DNA of 64,000 bases from Candidatus Woesebacteria bacterium RIFCSPLOWO2_01_FULL_44_24b (GTDB lineage Bacteria > Patescibacteriota > Microgenomatia > UBA8517). The translations under genes were made by a program, and so were the position numbers. The stretch spans positions 33,677 through 97,676 of the forward strand of contig MGHM01000020.1 in the NCBI GenBank assembly GCA_001793235.1, written 5' to 3'. The notes beneath the pieces are model-generated. The model did no database searches, was not told the DNA's origin, and worked only from the letters and a program-made list of their open reading frames with translations. This document shows positions 1 to 9,537 of the stretch, piece after piece; the first letter of the stretch is position 1; each line of letters begins with the position of its first letter.

Positions 1-470
1 ACTACTTTTTCGCTCACTCTATATAAATACACCTCACCATCAAAGTTCACAAATATTCTGTCTCCCTCGCTCAAAAGTCTTAGTTGATAAAAAACTGCAT
101 TGTATTCCGAAAAATTTACCGGAGAGTTTGTTGAATGGGCAAAGAGGTATACCCGTCTGCCCTCACCCGGGTGGCCAGTATTTACAGCGTGCGCGATGCC
201 TTGTTTTAATGCCGCTTTATACACATCTTCATCAAACGGATTCACATCTTTTATCACTTTCGCGGTGGCACCGATTGTCGGGATAGATACCACAAATTCA
301 TCTACAGCGGGTGGCTTTGAGAGAGGCGTCTGAATTGTTTCCTGGGAAGTTCCCCCACTGACCTCAGCCAACCCAGCTTGATAATCCATATCAAGCTCCA
401 AACTGGGCCCATAAAAAAAGACCATAAATGCCAGGGCGAGGCTTGAAACATTCGCGCCAAGGAGGCGCAT
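1..470 (-). CDS. Sortase-family transpeptidase; the start codon is at 470 and the 3' end runs off the window start, so the catalytic Cys region is not visible
   Basis: Not in the ORF track; hand translation of the minus strand from ATG at 468-470 gives 'MRLLGANVSSLALAFMVFFYG...' with an N-terminal hydrophobic anchor, then 'VVSIPTIGATAKVIKDVNPF...LKQGIAHAVNTGHPGEGRRVYLFAHS...GDRIFVNFDGEVYLYRV'. This matches the sortase beta-barrel motifs (IPxIG...G.GH...PG; His in 'LFAHS'). It lies directly downstream of an LPXTG substrate gene. Confidence 0.55.
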   Translation of the reverse strand, partial: MRLLGANVSSLALAFMVFFYGPSLELDMDYQAGLAEVSGGTSQETIQTPLSKPPAVDEFVVSIPTIGATAKVIKDVNPFDEDVYKAALKQGIAHAVNTGHPGEGRRVYLFAHSTNSPVNFSEYNAVFYQLRLLSEGDRIFVNFDGEVYLYRVSEKV

Positions 471-567
471 AAACCTGAATCTTTTTTTCTCTTTTTGGGT
501 TAAAGCAAGCCGAAGCTCGCCTTGCTTACCGGCCGAAGACTGGTAGATAATTCCTCGTGGGAACATA

Positions 568-1140
568 TTAAACTGTCTTGTGTTTCTCGTACCAAAATAC
601 TCCAGTCGCGCCAAGTAACAAAACCAACAGTCCAAGGCCAAGGTGCTCAGGTCCGGTCTTCGGGAGCTCACTGTCTCCGCCACCACCGCGCCCTGTTACC
701 GGACTTGGTGTGGGCGAAGCTGCAGGGGTTGCACTTGGCTTTGGGGATGCAGTTGGTGTTGCTGAAGGCCTTGGAGTAAAAGATGGATTGGCTACAGCAT
801 AAAGATCACAATTTAGCCCAGACTCTTCAACTCTCTCGATACACGCTGAGCTTGAGCTACCTGGAAAGTAACGTACTTGCCCGCAGCCTGAGATCGGGTT
901 GGCACAAAAAGAGTCATTTCGAGCGTCCGTAAGCTTTGCATCGGTGTCCGTCAGGCTGCATCGCCCGTCATTATTAGTATCCCCTTTAGGGCAATCATAA
1001 GTCTCACAGCGGACAATTACACGGCCATCAGTGCACTGGGACCAGCTAGTATTTACGCCTTGAGCACGCACAGCGCCGGGTAAAGCCAGAACCAAGAGCA
1101 CGAACCCAACCATCGCTTGTACTTTATGCATAACGGTCAT
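568..1140 (-). CDS. LPXTG cell-wall-anchored surface protein (sortase substrate)
   Basis: Signal peptide 'MTVMHKVQAMVGFVLLVLALPGAVRAQG', a Cys-rich domain, a Pro/Thr/Ser-rich linker, then the C-terminal sorting signal 'LPKTG' followed by a hydrophobic stretch and a 'KHK' tail. Confidence 0.7.
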   Translation of the reverse strand: MTVMHKVQAMVGFVLLVLALPGAVRAQGVNTSWSQCTDGRVIVRCETYDCPKGDTNNDGRCSLTDTDAKLTDARNDSFCANPISGCGQVRYFPGSSSSACIERVEESGLNCDLYAVANPSFTPRPSATPTASPKPSATPAASPTPSPVTGRGGGGDSELPKTGPEHLGLGLLVLLLGATGVFWYEKHKTV

Positions 1141-1606
1141 ATTGGAAACCTAACTTTCTTTTGAAGAATTGGATATTTTATCATCTTGACAAAATTTGTA
1201 AAGATGCAAAAAAATTTCTGCCTTAAAGGAGCGGGTAGTACGCCTGCCCTACATACCACCCGTCCCCTCAAGGCAGAACAGCTATTGACAAGATATGCTA
1301 CATATGTCTAGTCTTAAGTACTGAATTATCTCACTTGCCTGTCTTTGAGATAATTCGTGTATTTCTTGAAAAGAGCATTGCTATTCGTGGAGTCCCGGTG
1401 TTACACCGAGAACAATCGATAGTGATGCTCTTTTCTATTCCGTTAGGAAAACCATTTACTCTAGGAAAATTATATAATCGAAAATAGCCCCTGTCAAATC
1501 CTATAGCTCCGATAGATTATTTTGTCTCACCCTATAGTAAACTTAGTCCCAAGTAAGTTCCGGTTTGACGACCTTATTTAATTGTAGACTGAAATTGTGG
1601 ATAACT

Positions 1607-2908
1607 CTACTTTAGAGTTTTTAGTACTTCGGAGACAAGTTTATAGCCGCTTGAGTCGACAATATTCTTAAAACCCTGCCGTCTCCCCTGCTCCCGCCGC
1701 TTTTCTTCAAACTGGCTTTTCCTGATCTCCCCCAAAAGACCAACTTCACCGACAACCAAAGTATCTGTTTTAACGGAAATGTTTTTAAGTGAAGTGGCAA
1801 TGGCCATCGCTACCGCCAAGTCCACCCCCGGATCTTTTACTTTTATTCCTCCGACGACATTAACAAAGACATCCTGTTCCGAAAGTCTGAGCCCGCAGTG
1901 GCGGGTCAGGACCGCAATCATGAGCTCTACCCGTTTTGGGTACAAGCCGTGTACAACTCTACGCGGAAAAGCCAATTTAGTGGGAGCAACCAGTGCCTGA
2001 ACCTCAACCAAAATAGGCCGTGTACCCTCCATTACACAGCTAACTACGGCGCCAGGCACTCTCACCCTTTCTTTCTCCAGAAACAAAGTATCGGCCTTGT
2101 CCGCACTCTCCATGCCCTTACCGCTCATCTGAAATATCCCCACCTCGGAAGTATCTGCAAACCTGTTTTTTACCGACCGAAGAATTCTTAGAGGGCTTAC
2201 CTTATCTCCTTCAAACCAAAGAACCGTATCTACCATATGAGCCAACGTGGCTGGGCCAGCCACGGTGCCATCTTTAGTAACGTGCCCTACCAAGACCACA
2301 GGTACGTTATTTGCCTTCGCAAAGCGAATTAATTGTAAAGTCGCGCCTTTAACTTGGCTAATTGTCCCGGGTGAGCCGGTAAGACCATCTGAATACATTG
2401 TTTGGACGGAATCAATAATTACGACCTTAAAGCCTGACTTTTTATATTCTAATTCGAGTGTTGCAAGTACAACATCCACATCGGTTTCCTCTAAAAACGC
2501 AATCTTCGCGGCCTCTATACCCAGCCTGGTAACCCGGGTGTTTACTTGGCTAATAGACTCCTCACCTAATACATAAAAGACACTCCCCACTCCACTTGCA
2601 ATCTGAAGTAACAAGGTCGACTTCCCTATTCCCGGCTCCCCGGCAAGCAGAATTACTTGCCCCGGGACCATCCCCCCGCCTAAAACGCGGTCGACTTCAG
2701 GTTCTTTGGTGGATATTCTTATTAACTCGCGGCGGCCGACGTCTTTTAAGTATTGGGCTTTCCTCGCTTCCTTTTTTGAAGAACCTTTTACCTTCGCTTC
2801 CCGAAACTCAACGAAACTAGCCCAGCTCTGGCAATTCGGGCATTTACCCAGCCATTTCGGGGACTCAAACCCGCAACTTTGGCATACAAACGATGTACCT
2901 TTGGCCAC
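1607..2908 (-). CDS. radA: DNA repair protein RadA/Sms
   Basis: N-terminal C4 zinc finger (CQSCG...CPNC), Walker A 'GEPGIGKST', KNRFG-like motif 'KNRFADTSEVGIF' and a Lon-like C-terminal domain. The ORF track extends to 3004, but the likely start is GTG at 2908 ('VAKGTSFVCQSCG'). Confidence 0.9.
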   Translation of the reverse strand: MAKGTSFVCQSCGFESPKWLGKCPNCQSWASFVEFREAKVKGSSKKEARKAQYLKDVGRRELIRISTKEPEVDRVLGGGMVPGQVILLAGEPGIGKSTLLLQIASGVGSVFYVLGEESISQVNTRVTRLGIEAAKIAFLEETDVDVVLATLELEYKKSGFKVVIIDSVQTMYSDGLTGSPGTISQVKGATLQLIRFAKANNVPVVLVGHVTKDGTVAGPATLAHMVDTVLWFEGDKVSPLRILRSVKNRFADTSEVGIFQMSGKGMESADKADTLFLEKERVRVPGAVVSCVMEGTRPILVEVQALVAPTKLAFPRRVVHGLYPKRVELMIAVLTRHCGLRLSEQDVFVNVVGGIKVKDPGVDLAVAMAIATSLKNISVKTDTLVVGEVGLLGEIRKSQFEEKRREQGRRQGFKNIVDSSGYKLVSEVLKTLK

Positions 2909-2939
2909 AATGAAGCTATTATAACCCGGAGAAGAGATT

Positions 2940-3191
2940 CTAGTAAGTATTAGGCTCGGGATATTTACCAGAATCTCCAGGTCTTGGGGTGGACAAATAA
3001 TCAAACGGCTTATTTAATGTGCTTTCCACCTCTTTGCCAGGGGCTGTATACCTCTCCTCAGCCATTTGGAGTTCTGACACAGTTAGTGGAGCTTCAACAC
3101 CCGAGTCTGTCATAATCTTATTACTACTATTGAAAAAAGAAAATGCTACCACTATCCCTATTATTATAATTACGAGCAGTATTTTAATCAT
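2940..3191 (-). CDS. Small membrane-anchored hypothetical protein
   Basis: 83-aa ORF with N-terminal transmembrane segment 'MIKILLVIIIIGIVVAFSFF'; sits between radA and a large secreted-protein gene on the same strand. Confidence 0.3.
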   Translation of the reverse strand: MIKILLVIIIIGIVVAFSFFNSSNKIMTDSGVEAPLTVSELQMAEERYTAPGKEVESTLNKPFDYLSTPRPGDSGKYPEPNTY

Positions 3192-3193
3192 AT

Positions 3194-4864
3194 TTAATTA
3201 GGCACCATAACTCCGGTCCCACTAAACGTCTTTTGCACCGCATTGCCAGGAAACTCAACAGATGTCATAGTCGAGGCAATATACTGCTCCAAACAAACAT
3301 TGTTATATGTCACGCCATCAAGACCAACTGAAGTCCCAGTACAGATAGGGTCATTAGGGCCAGATACAATACGCCCAAATTGAGTTGTCCAAAACGCTCT
3401 GTCTTTTGGAGGGTTACCTCGGTTTGGTGAATATTGGCTATTTGGCCCATACCATGCCGCCTCAAGTCTTCGGGTAAGACCCAAGTCACCGGTTAATCTC
3501 CAAATGGATTGATTAAATGCATCAGCAGCAGTCTGCTCTAAGTTTCGTTGATAAACTGTTGTCGATCCGCAAATAGTAATTCCAAAGTCCCAAGACCAGC
3601 TTGCAGTGGAAGCATACCATTGCTCACATCCAATTCCCTGGTCCAAAGAAGTCTGATCTGTCACTAAAATGATCGGTCGCACTCCAGGGTCGCCATTTTC
3701 ACTTCTTCTTGCAAATCTCTCCAAATTACTGGTTGGCCTTCCTGAATAATTCCAACCTTGCCAATGAGAAACACTGCCTGATGCATCTCTTGTCCATACT
3801 TCATAAGAATGGTAAGCCCCAAACCTCTCCTGGGGGTTACTGGCAAAGTGAGTCCTAAAGTAGATATCAACACCATCCATTCTTGTACTAAATCCTTTCA
3901 TTGAGGTATGCTTGATCGAATTTTCAGCGGCCGAGGTGTTAAAATGGCCATGAAACATGGGATTATATCCTGCTGCTAGTATCCAGGATGAAGGCGGGTC
4001 ACCATGCTCATGCCCTGTTTCACATCCGTTATAAACCGGAGCATGCCACCTATCCATTGGTTCTCCGCACTTGCCCATACCAGACATTGTTGTTGCAGTG
4101 GGAGTAGGGGATGGTGATGTTGATGTGGTTGGGCGTGGAGTTACAGTTGGTCTAATGGTAGGAGATGCAGTCACTATAGGAGACGGACTATTAGTCGGGG
4201 TCGGCACACTAGTAGCCTCGCCTGAACCAGGTGTGTAAGTTATAACCAGTCTTGGATCGTTATTTATAAACTTCCTCCCCCAACTACCACCCGTACCCCT
4301 GAGAATAAAAGAAATAACACTACGCTCGCCACTCCCCACCAGCTCACCAACCACTCCTGTCACGTCTACTTCATAACCTTTCCCCACCTTCCACTGAGTA
4401 TCTTCATTTATAGAAGTTTTTATTGAAGTAAGCCCTCGAGATGAGGGTTTACTTGATTCGCTAAAGGGAGCGGACGAGACTGAGTTATCCCCATAAATAT
4501 CATATTCTACTCCTATCCACTGATCCCTAGGCACACTAAACTCGATTTTAGCTGATTGAACTTGTGCTCCCTTGGAGATTGTAGCGCCGGTAAACCTTAT
4601 ACCGAGATAAGAAGCTGATGGGGTCTCCCCTGTCCCTATCCACTTTTCGCCCGGGGGGTAATCATATTTGGATCCGTCCTCATTGATGATATCGCCTGCC
4701 TGCTGGACGGATAAAGTTACAGTTTCAGAAGCCATAACTTGAGCTTTACTTCTCACATCTCCGTTAAAACCTGGAAAAGTTATGACCCCAACAAACAAGG
4801 CAACAACTATTATACTAAGCCCAAGCACCCCAAGACCTATAAATCCTTGTGATTTGCCTCTCAC
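3194..4864 (-). CDS. Large membrane-anchored or secreted hypothetical protein with a Pro/Thr-rich linker
   Basis: 556-aa ORF with an N-terminal transmembrane segment, a central 'PTPTNSPSPIVTASPTIRPTVTPRPTTSTSPSPTPTATT' linker and a W/H/C-rich C-terminal domain of unknown function. Confidence 0.55.
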   Translation of the reverse strand: MRGKSQGFIGLGVLGLSIIVVALFVGVITFPGFNGDVRSKAQVMASETVTLSVQQAGDIINEDGSKYDYPPGEKWIGTGETPSASYLGIRFTGATISKGAQVQSAKIEFSVPRDQWIGVEYDIYGDNSVSSAPFSESSKPSSRGLTSIKTSINEDTQWKVGKGYEVDVTGVVGELVGSGERSVISFILRGTGGSWGRKFINNDPRLVITYTPGSGEATSVPTPTNSPSPIVTASPTIRPTVTPRPTTSTSPSPTPTATTMSGMGKCGEPMDRWHAPVYNGCETGHEHGDPPSSWILAAGYNPMFHGHFNTSAAENSIKHTSMKGFSTRMDGVDIYFRTHFASNPQERFGAYHSYEVWTRDASGSVSHWQGWNYSGRPTSNLERFARRSENGDPGVRPIILVTDQTSLDQGIGCEQWYASTASWSWDFGITICGSTTVYQRNLEQTAADAFNQSIWRLTGDLGLTRRLEAAWYGPNSQYSPNRGNPPKDRAFWTTQFGRIVSGPNDPICTGTSVGLDGVTYNNVCLEQYIASTMTSVEFPGNAVQKTFSGTGVMVPN

Positions 4865-4906
4865 GAAGCAATTATATTTGTAACCAACATCACAATCAAG
4901 AGGAAG

Positions 4907-5353
4907 TTAGGGATTGGTCGTAATGTAATTACATGCTATCCCACAGGAAGCACAATTCGAGGTATCCATGGCACTGGACACATTATCCAAAGAAGCGCAG
5001 AGGGCATAACTTGCACTCGACAAGAGATTGTATGAATATATTCTTGACGGGCTTTCGGGGTCCCCGGGCTTGTTATCCATATAAACACTGGCCGAGGTGC
5101 ACGCGGGGGTGGAGCCGTTCCCTACTAGGTTTGCTCCGGTTGTAACTGCGTTGTAGTAGGCCGCAGTTGGGTAAACTCCACAGTCGGCTCGATATTTTTC
5201 AAGCCCGGAGGCAATTAATGCCAAGTCGGCCTTTCTTCTCTCATCGCGGGCTTGCTGCCGCGAGCCACCCAAAGCAAAGGCCATTGCCGAGAAAACAATT
5301 ATTATTATGACGATAACTACCAATACCTCAAGAAGAGTAAAGCCTTTGCGCAT
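4907..5353 (-). CDS. Type IV pilin / pseudopilin (prepilin-type N-terminal cleavage and methylation domain)
   Basis: N-terminus 'MRKGFTLLEVLVVIVIIIIV' shows the G|FTLLE prepilin peptidase site followed by a hydrophobic helix; C-terminal Cys pairs. Confidence 0.8.
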   Translation of the reverse strand: MRKGFTLLEVLVVIVIIIIVFSAMAFALGGSRQQARDERRKADLALIASGLEKYRADCGVYPTAAYYNAVTTGANLVGNGSTPACTSASVYMDNKPGDPESPSRIYSYNLLSSASYALCASLDNVSSAMDTSNCASCGIACNYITTNP

Positions 5354-5374
5354 ATATCCATTCTATATCAACTG

Positions 5375-6475
5375 TTACTTGTAGCCAACAGGTTTTGCTG
5401 AAGTCACGAGAAGCCCCAATGAAAGTCTTTTTTCTTTCTTGTCTACTTCTTCAATGTAGCAATTAACCTTTTGCCCTTCCTTGAGTGCCGTTGCCGGCGG
5501 GATTTTTGTAATGTGAATAAGGCCTTCCACTCCTGGAGCAACCTCAACGAACGCGCCAAAATCACTGACCCGGACAATTGTCCCTGTTATTTTGTCATCC
5601 GGGTGATATTTTTCTGTGGCCGTCTCCCACGGGTCAGCACCGGCCTGCTTCATTGAAAATGAAAGCTTATTGTGCTCAACCCCGATAACTTTCACGTCAA
5701 CCTTGTCACCAACTGCAATAACATCCTCGGCTCGGGCCGTCTTAGCCCATGAAAGCTCGGACACATGCACAAGTCCCTCCACTTCAACTTTTTTGTCATC
5801 CATGGGAACTGTGATTTGTACAAACGCCCCAAAATTGGTAACCGTGGTAACCACGCCTTTAAACTTGTCCCCAACTGATATACTTTTGAGAGCCTTATCC
5901 ACATCCTTCAGGCTGTCGGCTTCCGACACTGCTTTCTCAGAAAGCACTATCCTTAAATTCCCCTCATCCAGATCAATAATTTTTGTCTTTACATGCTTGC
6001 CCACTGCCCCTTCGCCCATTTTCGTTAGCACCGCACCAAGCTGTGAATTGGGGATAAACGCCGTTTCATTCTCAAGAGCGGCCACCAGGCCATGGGGGTT
6101 CACCGACTTAACTATCACTTCGATAACTTTTCCTTCTTCCTGAGCTTTTTTGATTTTTTTCCAGAAGTCATCTTGTGCCGCTCCGCGCAAGGATAAAAGT
6201 GTCGCGCCATCACGACTTTCCGGCTCCATCACCATTGCAGCTATTTCATCCCCCGCCTTCAAATTTTCAATGAGATTTTTAGCCTCCAGAAAATTTCCTT
6301 CACGCACGAGTCCTTCGCTCTTGCCGCCAATATCAAAAACTGCGGTACGAGCGCTCATTCTTAGAAACTTTGCGTTTATTTTTTGTCCTTTGGTAAAGCT
6401 TTTTATTTTGTAACCCGTGGAGGCAAGAAGGTCCTCCATGCTTACCGATTTGGAGTCATTTTGTGTTTTTGTCAA
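5375..6475 (-). CDS. rpsA: 30S ribosomal protein S1 (four S1 domains)
   Basis: Repeated S1 RNA-binding domains ('GxV..vt.fGaFV.i..gveGLvHiSe' pattern recurs four times); 366 aa. Confidence 0.85.
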   Translation of the reverse strand: MTKTQNDSKSVSMEDLLASTGYKIKSFTKGQKINAKFLRMSARTAVFDIGGKSEGLVREGNFLEAKNLIENLKAGDEIAAMVMEPESRDGATLLSLRGAAQDDFWKKIKKAQEEGKVIEVIVKSVNPHGLVAALENETAFIPNSQLGAVLTKMGEGAVGKHVKTKIIDLDEGNLRIVLSEKAVSEADSLKDVDKALKSISVGDKFKGVVTTVTNFGAFVQITVPMDDKKVEVEGLVHVSELSWAKTARAEDVIAVGDKVDVKVIGVEHNKLSFSMKQAGADPWETATEKYHPDDKITGTIVRVSDFGAFVEVAPGVEGLIHITKIPPATALKEGQKVNCYIEEVDKKEKRLSLGLLVTSAKPVGYK

Positions 6476-6521
6476 TTGTCATGCCACCTTTCATTTGGTT
6501 TATTCCTGGACCTCAAAATTG

Positions 6522-6641
6522 GCATGGCAATGACCTATTTTCACGACCCGTTGCCGGGTAGCTATCGTCGGCGCTGCTGCGTTTCACTTCTAAGTTCGGA
6601 ATGGAATTAGGTGGTACCACAGCGCTCAAATCACCAAGCCA
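6522..6641 (-). rRNA. rrf: 5S ribosomal RNA
   Basis: The reverse complement contains the conserved 5S motif 'CCGAACTTAGAAGTGAAAC' (plus-strand positions 6581-6599). The gene lies ~75 nt downstream of the 23S 3' end on the minus strand. Ends are approximate. Confidence 0.8.
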
Positions 6642-6826
6642 ATTTTAAGGTCCAAGCTTTGTATTTTACACTTTGAATAACTGGAAGAAAAGATTTTGTC
6701 ATTATACGAAATCAAACGTCATTGGACCAATTCGCACCAGTAAGCTTAACGACTTGCGTCGCTTCCACTGCTGGCCGATTAAACCGATGTTCTCTCGGAG
6801 GTCTCATAACGAACCCTCATCTTAGG

Positions 6827-6863
<37 letters not shown>

Positions 6864-7096
6864 ATGGGAATGTAGCTACCCGGCGCTGCCACTGATGTGA
6901 CAACCGGCACACTAGGGATTCCCCCATCCCGGTCCTCTCGTACTGGGGACAGCTCCCTTCAAGGTTCAACGCACACACCGGATAGAGTCCGAGCTGTCTT
7001 GCGACGCTCTGAACCCAGCTCACGTAGCACTTTAACGGGCGAACAGACCGACCCTTGGGAGGTACTTCCCCCCCAGGATGTGCTGAGCCGACATCG

Positions 7097-7938
7097 CTTT
7101 AAACCCATCTACTTACGTAGTGGCCTGACTATACCTTCGTCCTCTACAACATGAAGTAGGACGCCGACGTGTTATATGAATTAAAAAATTCATATCTACT
7201 CCCTTACGAGCTAGTCGATACGGGGTTATATCGGAATTTTGTACCGCATACTTTTAATTATGTGCGGGTAGATTGTTTCCCTGAGTGTTGGAGTACTTGA
7301 GTATAAGGTTCGTATTCTAAAGTACGTTTTATCCTTATTTAATCGTGACTCTATTCCAAGTTCTCCCAAACTTTTTATTAAATTACCTTGACTCTTTAAA
7401 TCAAATTGTTGGCAATTAAAATAACTGCTTCTATATGTTTTTGAACCATCGTCCATATACCAGACAGCTAAAGATAGTGGGGATAACTTTAAATTATCCG
7501 GAATTATCTTTTTGCCATTCAGGTAAAATCTGCCATAGAAAACAGTAAGTTCGGGAATGCTTTTGATAAAGAATCTGTAACCAACACGGCCTGCATTGCC
7601 TCGATAAGCTTTGGGAGGAGTGATGACAATATCTTTTAAAATTTGATATTTCCAATCAACGTACTCTTTTTGCTTTATAAGCGAAGCTTGTGAACTTCGT
7701 TCATCGAATGCGTAATTTGCAAATGCGCATTAGTTTTCTTTCTCAAATATCCATCACCAAGGATGCAACCCAAAATTATTTGTTGTTGAATATCCGATAA
7801 ACTTCCCACGGTGTTGTCCCCTGAATTCAGCTTAACCCAAAGTTAAACCGAATTTCAAGTTGGAGTTCACCGTTATGAGTCGGTATTTTTAAAACAGCAT
7901 TCCGGTATTTCTACCGGAAGACCCCGATGTCATTGTTG
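7097..7938 (-). mobile_element. Group I intron in 23S rRNA at an E. coli ~L2500-equivalent site
   Basis: The exon junction is reconstructed as '...GTTCGCTACCT | intron | CGATGTCGGCTCAGCACATCCTGGGG...'. The 5' exon ends in U and the intron ends in G, as expected for group I; the ~842-nt insert carries a LAGLIDADG ORF. Confidence 0.7.
7226..7830 (-). pseudogene. Intron-encoded LAGLIDADG homing endonuclease, disrupted by a frameshift
   Basis: Frame A from GTG gives 'VGSLSDIQQQIILGCILGDGYLRKKTNAHLQITHSMNEVHKLRL*', which is the first LAGLIDADG motif. A +1 frame then continues '...KQKEYVDWKYQILKD...LAVWYMDDGSKTYRSS...KIPI*', carrying the second motif. The ORF track lists only the 76-aa 3' fragment (7226-7456). 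Confidence 0.6.
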
Positions 7939-9294
7939 AGGTAGCGAACCGCATCGTCGATATGGACTCTCGGATGCGACTACTCTGTTATCCCCGGCGT
8001 AGCTTTTATCTATTAAGCTCCGTCCGCACCCATTGCGAAACGGAGGATCACTAAGACCTACTTTCGTACCTGCTTGGCCCATCGGCCTCGCAGTCAAGCT
8101 GGCTTATACCTTTGCGCTTACCCCACGATTTCCATCCGTGGTTAGCCAACCTTTGCGTCCCTGCGTTACCTTTTTGCAGGGTACCGCCCCAGTAAAACTG
8201 CCCATCTGACACTTTTCCCGGACGCGTTTCAAGCGTCCCTGAGTAAGATCTGCCACATTTTAAAGAGAGGTGTTACATTGGCGTCCCGCAAAGCGGGACT
8301 CCCTCTTACGCTAGACAATTAAAATGCACAGCTCAATGCCAGAATACAGTAAAGCTGCACGGGGTCTTTTTGTCCTGGTGTGTGTAGGCCGCGTCTTCAC
8401 AGCCATCGCAATTTCGCCGAGTGATAGTTTAAGACAGTTGTCAGCTCGTTACGCCTTTCGTGCGGGTCTGAACTTACCAGACAAGGAACTTCGCTACCGT
8501 AGAACAGTTATAGTTACTGCTGCCGTTTACTGGAGCTTCATTTCAGAGCATCCCGCCAAAGGCGGGGCACCCATCCACTTAACTTACCAGCACTGGGCAG
8601 GCGTCAGCCCGTATACTTAAGCTTTCGCTTTTGCACGGACCTGTGTTTTTGGTAAACAGTCGACTGACAATCGTTAGCTGCGATCCCTACACCATAAATG
8701 GTGAGGGACAGGACATCTTGCGAACTTACGTCCAGCTAATTTGCCGAGTTCCTTAAACTACCTTCTCTCGCTCGCCTTGGTCTACTCGACCAACCCACCT
8801 GTGTCGGTTTGCGGTACGGCTCGCTTTGATACTCACTGCGAATTTTTTCTTGTAAACTGAAACGGTCAGAATTGGCGAACTCTCGCTCACCTCTGCATCG
8901 CCGCTTAATTAATCATCTTGATGGGTTTTCCAATCAAGACTATCTCACGGCTTACACTCCAATCAATAAGAAGCTCTGACGCTCCAATTCAGTCAATCCC
9001 CAGTTGCATGCAGTCCCTTGCGGGTGCAAACGCATCAAAACAAGTACGGGAATATTAACCCGTTATCCATCGACTACGCCCTTAGGCCTCGCCTTAGGTG
9101 CCGACTTACTCCCGGAGGACGAACCTCGCCGGGAAAACCTTGGGTTTTCGGCGTCCCGAATTCTCATCGGGATTTCACGCTACTCATACCGGCATTCTCA
9201 CTTCCAAGCGCTCCACCATGGTTTCCACCACAGCTTCACTGCACTTGGAACGCTCCCCTACCACCTCGCTCGCAGAGCGAGAAATTCTAAATTT

Positions 9295-9425
9295 AAAATT
9301 TGAAATTTTTAATCAAATAAAAATACTAAAATCTAAACTTCAAAAATTAGAAATTAGATATTAAAAATTGATTTAAAATTAAAAACTAAAAACTAAAAAT
9401 TCTCGTTCTACGAACGAGATCCGTA
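9295..9425 (-). other. AT-rich expansion of ~130 nt inside 23S rRNA at the helix-45 position
   Basis: Between the conserved flanks 'GGGCTAAAGTATACTACCGAAGCTACGG' and 'GGTAGGGGAGCGTTCC' (reverse-complement sense), the normal ~25-nt helix is replaced by '...aaaatactaaaatctaaacttcaaaaattagaaattagatattaaaaattgatttaaaattaaaaactaaaaactaaaaat...'. Bases 9382-9410 of the tail are a noisy ~7-nt period rather than a clean tandem repeat. Confidence 0.5.
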
Positions 9426-9502
9426 GCTTCGGTAGTATACTTTAGCCCCGCGAAATCTTAGGCGCGGAATCCCTTGACCAGTGAGCTGTTACGCTATCTT
9501 TA

Positions 9503-9537
<35 letters not shown>

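Noticed and set aside
100-333. 77-aa plus-strand ORF
   Set aside because: It is antisense to the much better-supported sortase gene on the minus strand and has no motifs.
5616-6143. 175-aa plus-strand ORF (and similar long antisense ORFs at 40774-41454, 46662-47252, 51511-52335 and 61040-61570)
   Set aside because: Each is antisense to a strongly supported gene (rpsA, GH15, P-type ATPase, Fic, ftsH), has low-complexity composition and lacks motifs.
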